Notes: generated from the letters alone by a model not told the origin. A stretch of DNA of 64,000 bases from IMGVR_UViG_3300012988_000001:248001-312000, one strand, 5' to 3'. Positions 21,265 through 31,321 are shown, counted from the stretch's first letter. Numbers and translations are program-made.

Positions 21265-21275
21265 TGTGATATAAT
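21247..21275 (+). promoter_or_regulatory. GGGACA-class promoter
   Basis: GGGACA-17-TATAAT. Confidence 0.7.
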
Positions 21276-21290
21276 AAATGTAGATGTAAC

Positions 21291-21648
21291 AATTGTGGCT
21301 GCAATGCAGACGTATTAAACCGAACCCCTTGAAAACGTAAAGGGACGATGAGCATGACCACACATGCGAAGTGCAGATGAAACCCGTTCGCGGCAATGCG
21401 GCACTATAAAGAGCGACGTAAGGCACGTAAACGCTCCAAGATAGACATATGAGGTCACTCACCAATATGCTAAGGGAGATGCTTAGGCATCACGTATAGA
21501 GCTTGTTCGAATAGGTTCTATACGAGTGTAGTAAGACTACGACCGTTGCACATGACTGTGATAGAGAGAAACAGAGCAACCCGCTTTCGTTCTTTGACCA
21601 ATTTTAGTACGCTATAGTTACGTCTAAAATTCAGAGAAATTCACAATT
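21291..21648 (+). ncRNA. Candidate large structured non-coding RNA (family unidentified)
   Basis: No credible ORF; own promoter; closing AATTGTG/CACAATT and about 9 internal hairpins, e.g. CGTATAGAGCTTGTT/AATAGGTTCTATACG. Confidence 0.55.
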
Positions 21649-21863
21649 CGAAAATTCCGATGCCACCAGCGTCAGAACTTAACTCAGTACTTTAATTAGT
21701 ACTTTTTTATTGTCTTCATTCCCCCAGTGGGGGATGAAATTGCCTCAACAAACCTCGTCAGTAATAAAAGTACAAAATGAATTGAGTTACGATAGTAACG
21801 AAAATTCTTTGACAATCGTAAGATTGGCAAATATGAACCTTGACAACAATACAGGAATAAAGT

Positions 21864-22100
21864 ATGATAACAGCAATTTGTGAAATGGCTGACCAAGCCA
21901 CTGGTATTGAAGATGCCAGATTGATCGAATCTCATGCTGAATCAGTAAAAGAGTACGAAGATGAAATGGATGAGATGATGGGTATGTATGGCTATCGTCT
22001 ATACTTCTATGACATTGAGTGTACTGGCATTGAGGATTGGACTGAATCAGAAATATATGAGTTTATGCGTGTAAACGCACATTTGGAGATTGATGCATGA
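21864..22100 (+). CDS. Hypothetical acidic protein
   Basis: AGGA RBS. Confidence 0.65.
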   Translation: MITAICEMADQATGIEDARLIESHAESVKEYEDEMDEMMGMYGYRLYFYDIECTGIEDWTESEIYEFMRVNAHLEIDA

Positions 22101-22276
22101 AAGTTAGATTAGAAGAAGATTACCCAGAGTACGAATACGGCCCTCGTGGTGGTGATATCCTTGAAGTAGTTTCACAGGATGAAGAAGAAGGTGTATTCTA
22201 TTGCAAATTTGGTGATGAAACAGATTTTGCCATTTATGAATACGAAGTGGAAGAGGTTATCGAAGATGACCAATAA
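22097..22276 (+). CDS. Small acidic protein (59 aa, not in the ORF track)
   Basis: ATGA overlap and GGAG RBS; MKVRLEEDYPEYEYGPRGGD...; overlaps the true start of the next gene. Confidence 0.65.
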   Translation: MKVRLEEDYPEYEYGPRGGDILEVVSQDEEEGVFYCKFGDETDFAIYEYEVEEVIEDDQ

Positions 22277-23228
22277 ACTAAATCGTTCCATTGGCTGCTT
22301 AATGGGACTAGCAGTAGGTGATGCTGTCGGAACCACATTAGAGTTTAAAGAACGTGATTATGAGAACATTACTGATATGGTAGGTGGTGGTCCGTTTGAT
22401 TTAGATCCGGGACAATGGACTGATGATACCAGTATGGCACTATGCCTAGGTTACGCACTACTTGAAGGTCACGACATCAATAGCATAACAGAAAGTATAA
22501 AGTGGTCAGAAGCCCAATTAGTGAATTATGTTGATTGGTACAGAAACGGTTACTGTAGTTCTAATGGTCACTGTTTTGATATTGGTGGTACTACCCGCAA
22601 CGCATTACTAAATTACATTCGTGATGGTGTTTTGCGTAACAATGATCATTTCCTAGATTCAGGTAATGGTAGCCTTATGCGTCTTGCTCCTATTCCAATC
22701 TATTACAATACGAATAACGCAGAAGAGTTGTTCACTCTTGTGTATGCTGCTGATCTAAGTAGTAGTACTACACACGCTAGCGAATTATGTCGTCAATCTT
22801 GTATTGCTTTCTCAGTACTTTTGAATCGTGCTATCAATGGCAGTACTAGTGAAGGTTCTCCGAATAAAGCGAATCTCTTAGACTTCCCAGCACAAGTTTG
22901 GAGAACATTTGGCGTTTCAAGTAATTTAGTACTTGACATAATGAACGGATCGTATCAAAATAAGACTCGTGATGAAATCAGTTCGAGTGGTTATGTGATT
23001 GATAGCCTAGAAGCCGCTCTATGGGCGTTCTGGAACACTGATAACTTCCGTGACGCAATCCTATTAGCTGCTAACTTAGGTGACGATGCAGACACCGTAG
23101 CGGCGATTACAGGACAGATTGCAGGTGCATTCTATGGCCTAGATGGTATCCCTGATGATTGGGTACAGAAGATTGCGAAGAAAGATAAGATTTTGAAATT
23201 AGCAGAGGACTTGTATAATGCAGGTTGA
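22266..23228 (+). CDS. ADP-ribosylglycohydrolase (DraG/ARH family)
   Basis: GLAVGDAVG, GQWTDDT, GNGSLMR, TTH and GDDADTVAAITG. Confidence 0.92.
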   Translation: MTNKLNRSIGCLMGLAVGDAVGTTLEFKERDYENITDMVGGGPFDLDPGQWTDDTSMALCLGYALLEGHDINSITESIKWSEAQLVNYVDWYRNGYCSSNGHCFDIGGTTRNALLNYIRDGVLRNNDHFLDSGNGSLMRLAPIPIYYNTNNAEELFTLVYAADLSSSTTHASELCRQSCIAFSVLLNRAINGSTSEGSPNKANLLDFPAQVWRTFGVSSNLVLDIMNGSYQNKTRDEISSSGYVIDSLEAALWAFWNTDNFRDAILLAANLGDDADTVAAITGQIAGAFYGLDGIPDDWVQKIAKKDKILKLAEDLYNAG

Positions 23229-23661
23229 TAAGATTGTCAACGTAAAACTCTCTGTTGGTGATGTTGTTCAAATCGAACATACTTCGGTTGATGAACGTAA
23301 AAAGATAAAAGCCACGGTAGCGTGTGCTAATATCAATCAAGGGAAAGGTATTGCTATATTCTGTGATGAAGATGGTAAGACCTATTCATGGAAACCATAT
23401 CCTTCTCCACACGGAGAAGTAACACGTATTGATTGTGCTCGTGAAGATGTACTAATCAATCCATATGTTATGGCTTTCAGTAAAGAGGTGCAAAAGTTTC
23501 GTCCTGTTGACGCATATTCTGGTGAGTACTACTATACTGAAAAAGTATGTGAAACTCACGAATGGAGCATTGCACTACCACCACACGGTGACCATATATG
23601 CAGAAACTGCAAAATGGTCGTCAATGATAACTTTCAAGAAGTAGGGTATTATGGGAATTAA
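23218..23661 (+). CDS. Hypothetical protein with C-terminal Cys/His
   Basis: GAGG RBS; CRNC. Confidence 0.65.
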   Translation: MQVDKIVNVKLSVGDVVQIEHTSVDERKKIKATVACANINQGKGIAIFCDEDGKTYSWKPYPSPHGEVTRIDCAREDVLINPYVMAFSKEVQKFRPVDAYSGEYYYTEKVCETHEWSIALPPHGDHICRNCKMVVNDNFQEVGYYGN

Positions 23662-23914
23662 TATGTCTTACTGTATGTTTGAAAATACAGTAAAAGCAAT
23701 GGAAGAAATTAAAGAAAGAATGTGGGACGAAGATTTCGACCCAGATGAACTTTCTAAGTACGAACGTAGAGCGTATGATGCTCTATATGATTTAGTTGAT
23801 AGTATCAAAGATGCTTTAGACGAAATTGAAGAACGTAAAGAAATGGAAGAAGCTGAACGCGAATTCCAAGAAGAATGTGACGACCAATACGCAGAGGAAG
23901 ATGATGACAAATAA
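23651..23914 (+). CDS. Hypothetical acidic protein
   Basis: MSYCMFENT N-terminus; coupled ORF. Confidence 0.7.
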   Translation: MGINMSYCMFENTVKAMEEIKERMWDEDFDPDELSKYERRAYDALYDLVDSIKDALDEIEERKEMEEAEREFQEECDDQYAEEDDDK

Positions 23915-24107
23915 AGATCAACTCCCTTACATCATCACTGAACGTATTGTGCTTGACATGGCCTACAATCCAGAGTATGGTGATAACCGTATGTGTACTT
24001 GTGGTCATGCTTACATTCGTCATTTCGATCCATATGAAGAAATGGAGCCAACAGGTTGTAAGTACTGCGGCTGTTTTGAATTTGTAGAGAAACTACATTT
24101 TGACTAA
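23901..24107 (+). CDS. Small zinc-finger-like protein
   Basis: CTCGH..RH and CKYCGC; start after GAGG. Confidence 0.7.
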   Translation: MMTNKDQLPYIITERIVLDMAYNPEYGDNRMCTCGHAYIRHFDPYEEMEPTGCKYCGCFEFVEKLHFD

Positions 24108-24116
24108 GAGGTATAT

Positions 24117-24302
24117 ATGCGTCTATTAGTAAAGGTGATTCTAGCGGTAGCGTGTCTCAATTTTGTATTAGGCGTATGTAATGTATTTTTCACGCCATCA
24201 GAATACAAATGGTTTGGTAACATTGCTATCTTTTGTGTTCTAGGTGTGCAATTAATTTTGTGCAGTGTTATCTTCCACTCTCCAGATAAGGATTCAAAAT
24301 GA
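24117..24302 (+). CDS. Small membrane protein
   Basis: Two TM segments; GAGG RBS. Confidence 0.65.
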   Translation: MRLLVKVILAVACLNFVLGVCNVFFTPSEYKWFGNIAIFCVLGVQLILCSVIFHSPDKDSK

Positions 24303-24790
24303 AATATTATATGGTAAATCTAGTAGATAGTTCCGGTATTGGTCACACCAATTATACTTACTTTCCTCTCTCTGATGAAAGTACTATCGAAGTAGCAGAA
24401 GAACTTTATTACGAAGCATTCCCATATTTACGTTATGATAATCCGGGTGTACTCACTGTTAAAGAAATTGATGAAGAAACCTATCGTGCTGGCCTAGCAT
24501 TTAATCGCTATGTTGAAGTATGTCGTCAAAACGATATCGATAACAAAGTACCGATTGATCGCCAGAGCTATCATCTATGGGAAACACATAATATGTTCCC
24601 TACCCGCAAGTGGGCTGAAATGTTCGCACGTACAAGTAAACCAGTACTAATTGGTTATCCTAAAATGCACTCAGTGAACAAGATGGATGATAATCGTAAT
24701 ATCCACTTCGTATACCATTACAGTACTGGTATGGATTTCCGTGATGATAAACGTTTACATAAAGTCATCACGTACAAGTGGGAAAAATGA
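24299..24790 (+). CDS. Hypothetical protein
   Basis: Coupled ORF with AGGA RBS. Confidence 0.7.
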   Translation: MKYYMVNLVDSSGIGHTNYTYFPLSDESTIEVAEELYYEAFPYLRYDNPGVLTVKEIDEETYRAGLAFNRYVEVCRQNDIDNKVPIDRQSYHLWETHNMFPTRKWAEMFARTSKPVLIGYPKMHSVNKMDDNRNIHFVYHYSTGMDFRDDKRLHKVITYKWEK

Positions 24791-24993
24791 TTACTAACAA
24801 AGAACCTGTATATACAGAAAAATCCTACTGCAATAAGTGTAAACACGCATATGAGATTCGCACTATGGAATGTCAAGTATGCGGTTATAATCTACCAGCA
24901 GTATTCAAGGTCGATGAACGTTATTCAGACCTAACACAATTCCGGGCGTTACGCTCAATGAAACGCTATAATGAAAAAATGGGGAACGTATGA
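24787..24993 (+). CDS. Small Zn-ribbon protein
   Basis: CNKC...CQVCG. Confidence 0.6.
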   Translation: MITNKEPVYTEKSYCNKCKHAYEIRTMECQVCGYNLPAVFKVDERYSDLTQFRALRSMKRYNEKMGNV

Positions 24994-25403
24994 CTTTATC
25001 TGAAAAAATAAAACAAATTCCTTTCTTTAAAAATCGTACCATTATCGATGCTTCTGATCGTGATAAAATTGGTCTAGTTGGCTTTAAAGAAAGTGCTGAT
25101 GATGTGTATAGCTCACTGGTAGTATCTCCTGCTAGTGATAGTGGTGTAATTCCAAACATCGTCATGATTAGTACTAAAGGTTGTCTAGTACGTCTAGATG
25201 AAGGTGAGCAAACTATCCTAATCTCTATGTGTAAAGAAGATGATAAGGATGGATTCACTGAAGTATTCCCTGCGTCCATCGATAATGGTGAATTCTTTCA
25301 AAGTACTTTAGTCAATGACTTCCGTCATATTGATTATGAATACATCGAAGCACTTCATCAGGCGGTGGCTATTCTTCATGACGAACTCCCAGAAGATAAC
25401 TAA
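24990..25403 (+). CDS. Hypothetical protein, FQ-motif family
   Basis: DNGEFFQSTLVND. Confidence 0.75.
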   Translation: MTLSEKIKQIPFFKNRTIIDASDRDKIGLVGFKESADDVYSSLVVSPASDSGVIPNIVMISTKGCLVRLDEGEQTILISMCKEDDKDGFTEVFPASIDNGEFFQSTLVNDFRHIDYEYIEALHQAVAILHDELPEDN

Positions 25404-25797
25404 TGCTTTGAGGGTCTTTCAACGCGAGACAGCGAGTATTCCGCTTCTCGTGTATGAGGGATTAAGAAAGTATGTAAGGGTTGAAAATGACTCTTTCGAT
25501 ACGCAATACTACTTTGCGGATTTCTACTTAAGTTTTACTTATTATCGAAAAGAGTTCAGTTCAATGTCATTGTATACGAGTAGGTTCAGTTCTGAATGTC
25601 CTATGATCTGTTTTGAGCGTACTGGTGATATTATCATCGGTAAGGCTTTGGATAGGATTAACATCTATAATGGGTGTTCTCCTACTGCACAGGATATGAA
25701 GAACATAGACCTTGAATTGGAAGCGTTTGAGTACTTAGAAGATATACTAAGGAACATCGAACCGATGTTAGAAGATATTGCCCGGAAATTTCTTTGA
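25378..25797 (+). CDS. Hypothetical protein
   Basis: ORF; start uncertain. Confidence 0.55.
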   Translation: MTNSQKITNALRVFQRETASIPLLVYEGLRKYVRVENDSFDTQYYFADFYLSFTYYRKEFSSMSLYTSRFSSECPMICFERTGDIIIGKALDRINIYNGCSPTAQDMKNIDLELEAFEYLEDILRNIEPMLEDIARKFL

Positions 25798-25804
25798 GAT
25801 TTCT

Positions 25805-25833
25805 GGGACAAACTAGTGAAAATGTGATATAAT
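25805..25833 (+). promoter_or_regulatory. GGGACA-class promoter
   Basis: GGGACA-17-TATAAT directly upstream of a tRNA. Confidence 0.7.
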
Positions 25834-25841
25834 ATAATTAC

Positions 25842-25931
<90 letters not shown>

Positions 25932-25946
25932 CATTTATTTGAAAAT

Positions 25947-26495
25947 ATGAAACGCGAAATATATGAACTAAATCCTACAAGTTGTAAACATTGTGGGAAC
26001 ATAATACCATACAAGAAAGGTGTACAAGATAAAGTATTTTGTAATCTTTCATGTTCGGCTCAATACAATAATAATCAAAAATACCAAACTACCAAGATAG
26101 ATAATATTTGCTTGGGATGTGGTGTATCTTTTACTACGAATAACAGACCTAGAAAATTCTGTTCGCATCTATGCTCAACTGAGTCAAAGAAGAACGAAAA
26201 TATCAACCAGTGGAAATCTGGCGAACTCCAAGGATATAGCGGGAAAGCAAAACAGTTGAAACCGTGGATACGGAAGTATCTATTTGAAGTTCGAGGAACA
26301 GCTTGTTCGGAATGTGGTTGGGATAAACGCCACCCAATGGATGGGGCAGTACTTACAGAAATCGATCATATCGATGGAAACGCCGAAAATTGTCATGAAG
26401 ATAATTTGAGGATTCTATGTCCAAACTGTCATAGTATGACAGAAACACACCGTGCTCGTAACAAGAATGGTACGAGAAATACACGATATAACTGA
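25947..26495 (+). CDS. HNH homing endonuclease with Zn-finger repeats
   Basis: EIDHIDGN..N....NLRILCPNCHS; C..C and FC...CS repeats. Confidence 0.9.
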   Translation: MKREIYELNPTSCKHCGNIIPYKKGVQDKVFCNLSCSAQYNNNQKYQTTKIDNICLGCGVSFTTNNRPRKFCSHLCSTESKKNENINQWKSGELQGYSGKAKQLKPWIRKYLFEVRGTACSECGWDKRHPMDGAVLTEIDHIDGNAENCHEDNLRILCPNCHSMTETHRARNKNGTRNTRYN

Positions 26496-26505
26496 GGATT
26501 TAAAT

Positions 26506-27813
26506 ATGGGTAGCTTTAACGCATCATGTGCAGTAAGTCATTGTAGTATTAATCCGGGTGATCCAGTAAAATTGATCCCTATTGTAAGTAACACACCGAT
26601 TCACGGTGAATATAACGCAGACATGCATAAAGGCTTTTCATGTTATTGCCATGATCAGTTCAGTATGATTGGCTATCCTATGGATGCCACATATGAAGAT
26701 TATGGTGATTTTGATGTTAAAGAGGATATGTTCTCTGAATATAACCTAAGCATTATTCGAGACAAGTTCACGAAGAATGTCCCACCTGAAGATGAGAAAG
26801 ATGATTACAGTTCAATTGCTGATAGCCGCAATGGTTACAGTCTTGAACCAGAAGATTTGGATTGGAGTAAAATAGGTGAAATGATCCATTTCGGTAATAT
26901 GTATCTCGATAGTAATAAAGACCGCACTAAGCGTCGTTATATGGGATTCTTCCCAGTACACAAATGTGTATACGATCTATTGATGCAACGTAACCCAGAA
27001 ATGCACTTTGATGATTCATATGATAACGTTAATTTCCAACGTTTTCTAGAGAAAGCACTCAAAGACAATCCACCATCAACTACCAATAATCCGGTATTCG
27101 AAGAAGCTATTGTACAATACATGGAACTCTTCGGTCCACTAATTGGTACTGAACTAAAAGACGGAACTATCATGACACCGGAAATGGCTCATGAGAAAGC
27201 TGTTGGTATGGCAGACCTAAAAGTGGAAATGGCTGAACTACGTGATAGTCATCGTCGTGAGTACTCATACGATAACACATCAAGTATCAAACGTTTCCTA
27301 CGCTATCGTAAAGAAAACAAACTACCAGTACTCACTGATGAAGAACATATTGCACTAGTAACCCTAGACGCTGAATGTACTTATCTAATCCGTGGTTTGA
27401 ATGATCTTCAAATCCAACTTATCCCACCAATGACAGCGAGGCAAGAGTATGATAAGACTGATCACGCAACGTTCCTAGTAGCTTGTGGTAAAGCACTACT
27501 CGCTATGCAAGCAGTAAGTGATGAAGAACATTATGGTGATGATGAAGACGATGTAGAAAGCACTAAGGTAGTGGTTGAAGCAGAAATTCATGTATCACTA
27601 AATAACCTACGCGAATCGGCTCAACACGACTGGAAGCCAGAACGTGGAAAAGTAAAAGTTGACGCGATTGATCGTTTTGCGGTACAATACCCAGACGGCG
27701 TTACTCTAAGTGCTGGTGAAGTAATTTCACAGGGCTATGGAGTAATGCTAGTAAGTATGCCAAGTACTATCCTACCAATCGTGTTTAAAAACGATATCAA
27801 GGTAGAAGAATGA
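26506..27813 (+). CDS. Hypothetical protein (435 aa)
   Basis: MGSFNASCAVSH start after GAGGA. Confidence 0.75.
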   Translation: MGSFNASCAVSHCSINPGDPVKLIPIVSNTPIHGEYNADMHKGFSCYCHDQFSMIGYPMDATYEDYGDFDVKEDMFSEYNLSIIRDKFTKNVPPEDEKDDYSSIADSRNGYSLEPEDLDWSKIGEMIHFGNMYLDSNKDRTKRRYMGFFPVHKCVYDLLMQRNPEMHFDDSYDNVNFQRFLEKALKDNPPSTTNNPVFEEAIVQYMELFGPLIGTELKDGTIMTPEMAHEKAVGMADLKVEMAELRDSHRREYSYDNTSSIKRFLRYRKENKLPVLTDEEHIALVTLDAECTYLIRGLNDLQIQLIPPMTARQEYDKTDHATFLVACGKALLAMQAVSDEEHYGDDEDDVESTKVVVEAEIHVSLNNLRESAQHDWKPERGKVKVDAIDRFAVQYPDGVTLSAGEVISQGYGVMLVSMPSTILPIVFKNDIKVEE

Positions 27814-28175
27814 CAGCACAAGAGCTAATCGAACGCTTACAACGCATGAAACCGGAAACGGAGATTGTAGTTGCAGTAAACGTACCATATGACTCAATTG
27901 GACCATCGCCTAGTGCGATGGTTACACAAGCCTTTAGTGGCTTTGATTGGGACAATGGAACACTACGTTTGAGTACTGAAGGAAACTTAGTGAAGTTCAA
28001 TGATGAACAATTCGCAGCTTTCCAACAGATGAAAAAAGAAGCACGTAAAACTCGCAGTGATGCGTGGTACAAATTAGGCGGTCGAAACCTATCTTGGGAA
28101 GACTGCAAAGCATTAGAAGAACAAATGGACAAAGATGTTCACCCTTTATTCAAGGGAAGTTATAACAAGGACTAA
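27810..28175 (+). CDS. Hypothetical protein
   Basis: Coupled ORF; MTAQELIERL N-terminus. Confidence 0.7.
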   Translation: MTAQELIERLQRMKPETEIVVAVNVPYDSIGPSPSAMVTQAFSGFDWDNGTLRLSTEGNLVKFNDEQFAAFQQMKKEARKTRSDAWYKLGGRNLSWEDCKALEEQMDKDVHPLFKGSYNKD

Positions 28176-28177
28176 CG

Positions 28178-28735
28178 ATGATTCAAGATATTCAAGCACT
28201 AATGAGTCAAATCTCTGATTATCTTTCTGATAAAGAAGGGTTTACAACAGAGTTATCAAATAACGGTTGTGTACTAAAAGTTATCAACAATAATGTTGAC
28301 CCTGTGCAGGAAACGCAGTATGATGGTTATGAACTATTACTTTATACTCTAGGTACTCGTAAATTAGGACATGACATTGATCTAAACATTCACGAAACCG
28401 AAGCAGGTAAAGTGTTTGCTATTAATACCGAAGCACAACTTGATATCCGGGCTTATATGTCAGATATCAACTCACTAATGGCTACTACTGATGATGCTGA
28501 TGTACAATCCATCATTCTATGTGACCAAACTGGTGACAGTGCTCAACCAATTTGTCTAATGACACTATACAAAAATGGTAACTGGCTACGTCAAGACTTG
28601 ACAATGGCTGAAGTACTATATGCTGCTACTCACGAACTTGTGATTGAGAAGCAAGACGGTGCATATGTTTATGGAAAACTCCGTGAACTAGCAAACCGTG
28701 TTATTTCTGAAGCTAAAGAAGCTGAAGTAAAATAA
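28178..28735 (+). CDS. Hypothetical protein
   Basis: AGGA RBS. Confidence 0.7.
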   Translation: MIQDIQALMSQISDYLSDKEGFTTELSNNGCVLKVINNNVDPVQETQYDGYELLLYTLGTRKLGHDIDLNIHETEAGKVFAINTEAQLDIRAYMSDINSLMATTDDADVQSIILCDQTGDSAQPICLMTLYKNGNWLRQDLTMAEVLYAATHELVIEKQDGAYVYGKLRELANRVISEAKEAEVK

Positions 28736-28747
28736 TTGAAAAAAGTT

Positions 28748-28776
28748 GGGACAAAACGTGAATTTTGTCCTATAAT
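28748..28776 (+). promoter_or_regulatory. GGGACA-class promoter with internal inverted repeat
   Basis: GGGACAAAA-CGTGAA-TTTTGTCC-TATAAT. Confidence 0.75.
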
Positions 28777-28924
28777 ATAAGTATGAAGAGGTTACACCCC
28801 GTGTGTTTAAGTAACGTAGCCTCTTCGAACATATAAAATGTTATTTCCATTTTATGGTTCATCCTTTTTTTGATATAATTAATGAAACAAGTGTTCTCCG
28901 CTTTATGCGTCTTGTTTCATTTCT

Positions 28925-29003
28925 GCTGATGTGGCTCAATTGGTACAGCACCGTACTTGTAATACGGCATTTTTTGTGGGTTCAAGTCCTACCATCAGCA
29001 CCA
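28925..29003 (+). tRNA. tRNA-Thr(TGT)
   Basis: GCTGATG/CATCAGC acceptor; CCGTA-CTTGTAA-TACGG; CCA. Confidence 0.9.
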
Positions 29004-29061
29004 CGTAAGTTCGAATAATATTCTCTGCACCATAAATAAAGATATTACGAAAGGATATCTT

Positions 29062-29739
29062 ATGGAAGAAATATTATTTGAATTATACCGTCACAAAGGT
29101 TCGTCATTGAATAAAACTGATATTGATGAATGTGACAAATTACCATCGTACAATACACTATGTCGTAAAGGCTATAGATTGACCGGACCGAAAGGTTTGA
29201 ATGAGCAATTTAAACAAAGACTTTATGCAGAAAATTCTAAAAAATGCCTTGTGTGTTCAAACGAATTAGAGTATAGTACTGACATTGAGATTAAGAAGTT
29301 TTGCTCACATTCATGTTCTGCTACGTATTCTAATACGCGTAGAATACGAGAGAAGAAACCAGATAATCAATGTCTAAATTGTGACAAAACTGTTTCGTCA
29401 AGGAATGTTTACTGTGATAGTAATTGTTCAATTGAACACAAAAATAAAGTGTGGTTAACGGAATGGTTAAATGGCGAACGCCCCGGTTATAGTGGTAAAA
29501 CATATCAACTATCACCAACTGTTCGCAGATACTTACACGAAACACGAGGAACCGCATGTTCCGAATGTGGATGGGACAAGAAGCACCCAGTTGATGGTTC
29601 AGTACTCACAGAGGTTGATCACATTGATGGAAATGCATCTAATTGCCGTCCAGAGAATTTACGGATATTGTGTCCGAACTGTCATTCTATGACACCAACT
29701 TTCAGAGCAAGGAATCCTGATTCAGTGCGAAGAAGATAA
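29062..29739 (+). CDS. HNH homing endonuclease, paralog of 25947
   Basis: EVDHIDGNASN...NLRILCPNCHS; C-terminal domain nearly identical to 25947. Confidence 0.9.
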   Translation: MEEILFELYRHKGSSLNKTDIDECDKLPSYNTLCRKGYRLTGPKGLNEQFKQRLYAENSKKCLVCSNELEYSTDIEIKKFCSHSCSATYSNTRRIREKKPDNQCLNCDKTVSSRNVYCDSNCSIEHKNKVWLTEWLNGERPGYSGKTYQLSPTVRRYLHETRGTACSECGWDKKHPVDGSVLTEVDHIDGNASNCRPENLRILCPNCHSMTPTFRARNPDSVRRR

Positions 29740-29853
29740 CCCCCGAAAATTGAATCGTTCTCCATTTGATTTAATTTTTATTTTCCCTTAAATTGTTATT
29801 GACAACAAGCCAGTTTATTGTTATGATATTCTGGCTTTCTTTTGGAGAAGAAA

Positions 29854-30036
29854 ATGTCAAATATTATGAAGAAGTGGCTAGTTGGATTTGGTATTGCACT
29901 TTATATCCTACTAGTGATGTTTAACGTAGTACCGCAGATGGTATCAGCCCCTGATACATTCTCAAACGTGCTAGGTGCAGGAATCTTTGTGTTCAGCATC
30001 CCAGCAATTATCGCAATTTACAAAAAGGTATTCTAA
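29854..30036 (+). CDS. Small membrane protein
   Basis: Two TM segments; precedes the SPFH gene. Confidence 0.65.
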   Translation: MSNIMKKWLVGFGIALYILLVMFNVVPQMVSAPDTFSNVLGAGIFVFSIPAIIAIYKKVF

Positions 30037-30038
30037 TA

Positions 30039-30875
30039 ATGTTGAAGAAAATTCTACTAGCAGTTGGTATTTGTTTTGGTGCACTAGCTCTAACAGGCTG
30101 TGATCGTGTTGAACCGGGTTTTGTTGGGATTAAAGTCAACAAACTAGGTGATGACAAAGGTGTTGGTGAAGTAGTTGGTGTAGGTCGTGTATGGACTGGT
30201 ATTAACACTGATCTATATGTATTCCCTATGTTCAAACAAATGAAGTCATATGACGAAGAATTTGTATTCCAAATGCGTGATGGTACTACCATCGGTTACA
30301 AAATTGGTGTGTCATATAAAGTAGACGCTGGTAAGGTTAAAACTGTATTCCAGACTTACCGTAAAGGCGTAGACGATATTACTGATACTGATCTACGTCA
30401 AAAGATTAGTGACTCACTAACCCGTCTTGGTAGTAAGATGAGTACTGATCAGTTTATCGATGGTGGTAAAGCACAACTACTTGATGATGCACTAAAAGAT
30501 ATTCAAGGTGAAATGGGTCCAGTTGGTATTCAGATTCTAAGTCTATCTTGGATGGGGAAACCTTCATATCCTCCATCAGTTGACGCTTCTATCAACGCAA
30601 AAGTAACTGCGAACCAGAAGACTCTACAACGTCAGCAAGAAGTGCTACAGAAGAACGCAGAAGCTGATATGGCTCGTTCTGAAGCAAAAGGCCAAGCAGA
30701 TGCTAAACTACTCCTAGCTGAAGCTGAAGCAAAAAGTATCGAAATTCTAGGTGACGCACTACGTAAAAACGCAGACGTTAAAGACCTAAAAGCAATCGAA
30801 AAATGGGATGGTAAACTACCAACTATGATGGGTACTCAAGCAGTTCCATTTGTTGATGTTCCAAACACTAAGTAA
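30039..30875 (+). CDS. SPFH/Band-7 (prohibitin-like) lipoprotein
   Basis: Lipobox LTGC, VEPGFVGIKV, AEA-rich coiled coil, EKWDGKLP. Confidence 0.88.
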   Translation: MLKKILLAVGICFGALALTGCDRVEPGFVGIKVNKLGDDKGVGEVVGVGRVWTGINTDLYVFPMFKQMKSYDEEFVFQMRDGTTIGYKIGVSYKVDAGKVKTVFQTYRKGVDDITDTDLRQKISDSLTRLGSKMSTDQFIDGGKAQLLDDALKDIQGEMGPVGIQILSLSWMGKPSYPPSVDASINAKVTANQKTLQRQQEVLQKNAEADMARSEAKGQADAKLLLAEAEAKSIEILGDALRKNADVKDLKAIEKWDGKLPTMMGTQAVPFVDVPNTK

Positions 30876-30881
30876 TACCTT

Positions 30882-30910
30882 AAGCTCCGAGAAATCGGGG
30901 CTTTTCTTTT
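30882..30910 (+). terminator. Terminator
   Basis: AAGCTCCGA-GAAA-TCGGGGCTT plus T run. Confidence 0.8.
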
Positions 30911-30931
30911 AAGCGTACAAAAGAGGTTACT

Positions 30932-31321
30932 ATGTTTACAGTACAAGATTTTATCAATGTATTCAGTAAAGAATTAGTTATGGGTGCTAGTATGGTTACA
31001 CACTGTACTCGTAATTATGAGAATAGTAATATTCACTATACTGTGTATAATGAAAAATTAGAAATTACAATAGTTTCGTTCAATGATCCTAAGTACAGCC
31101 ACTATACCCTAATCTATGACGAATGTATGGATTGGGTTGTAATGTTAAAGCGTGGTGTGCATGGAATAAAAGATTCTCGTGTGCATTATAAACGTGTATC
31201 TCAAGGTCACAATCAAGTAACCCCTGAACAATTACAACAAATAAAACTAATAAAAGAGAATATGGCATTTGATCATGCTCACGATATGGTTCGGAGTAAC
31301 ATGAAGAGTGGAAAAGTTTAA
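30932..31321 (+). CDS. Hypothetical protein
   Basis: GAGG RBS. Confidence 0.65.
   Translation: MFTVQDFINVFSKELVMGASMVTHCTRNYENSNIHYTVYNEKLEITIVSFNDPKYSHYTLIYDECMDWVVMLKRGVHGIKDSRVHYKRVSQGHNQVTPEQLQQIKLIKENMAFDHAHDMVRSNMKSGKV

Noticed and set aside
21291-21648. RNase P RNA or group I/II intron
   Set aside because: AACAGAGCAACCCGCTT loosely resembles RNase P CR-V, but there is no GAGGAAAGTCC partner, no interrupted host gene and no recognisable intron core.
22179-22265. N-terminal extension of the ADP-ribosylglycohydrolase
   Set aside because: It overlaps the better-supported small ORF 22097-22276; homology begins after the ATG at 22266, which has a GAGG RBS.
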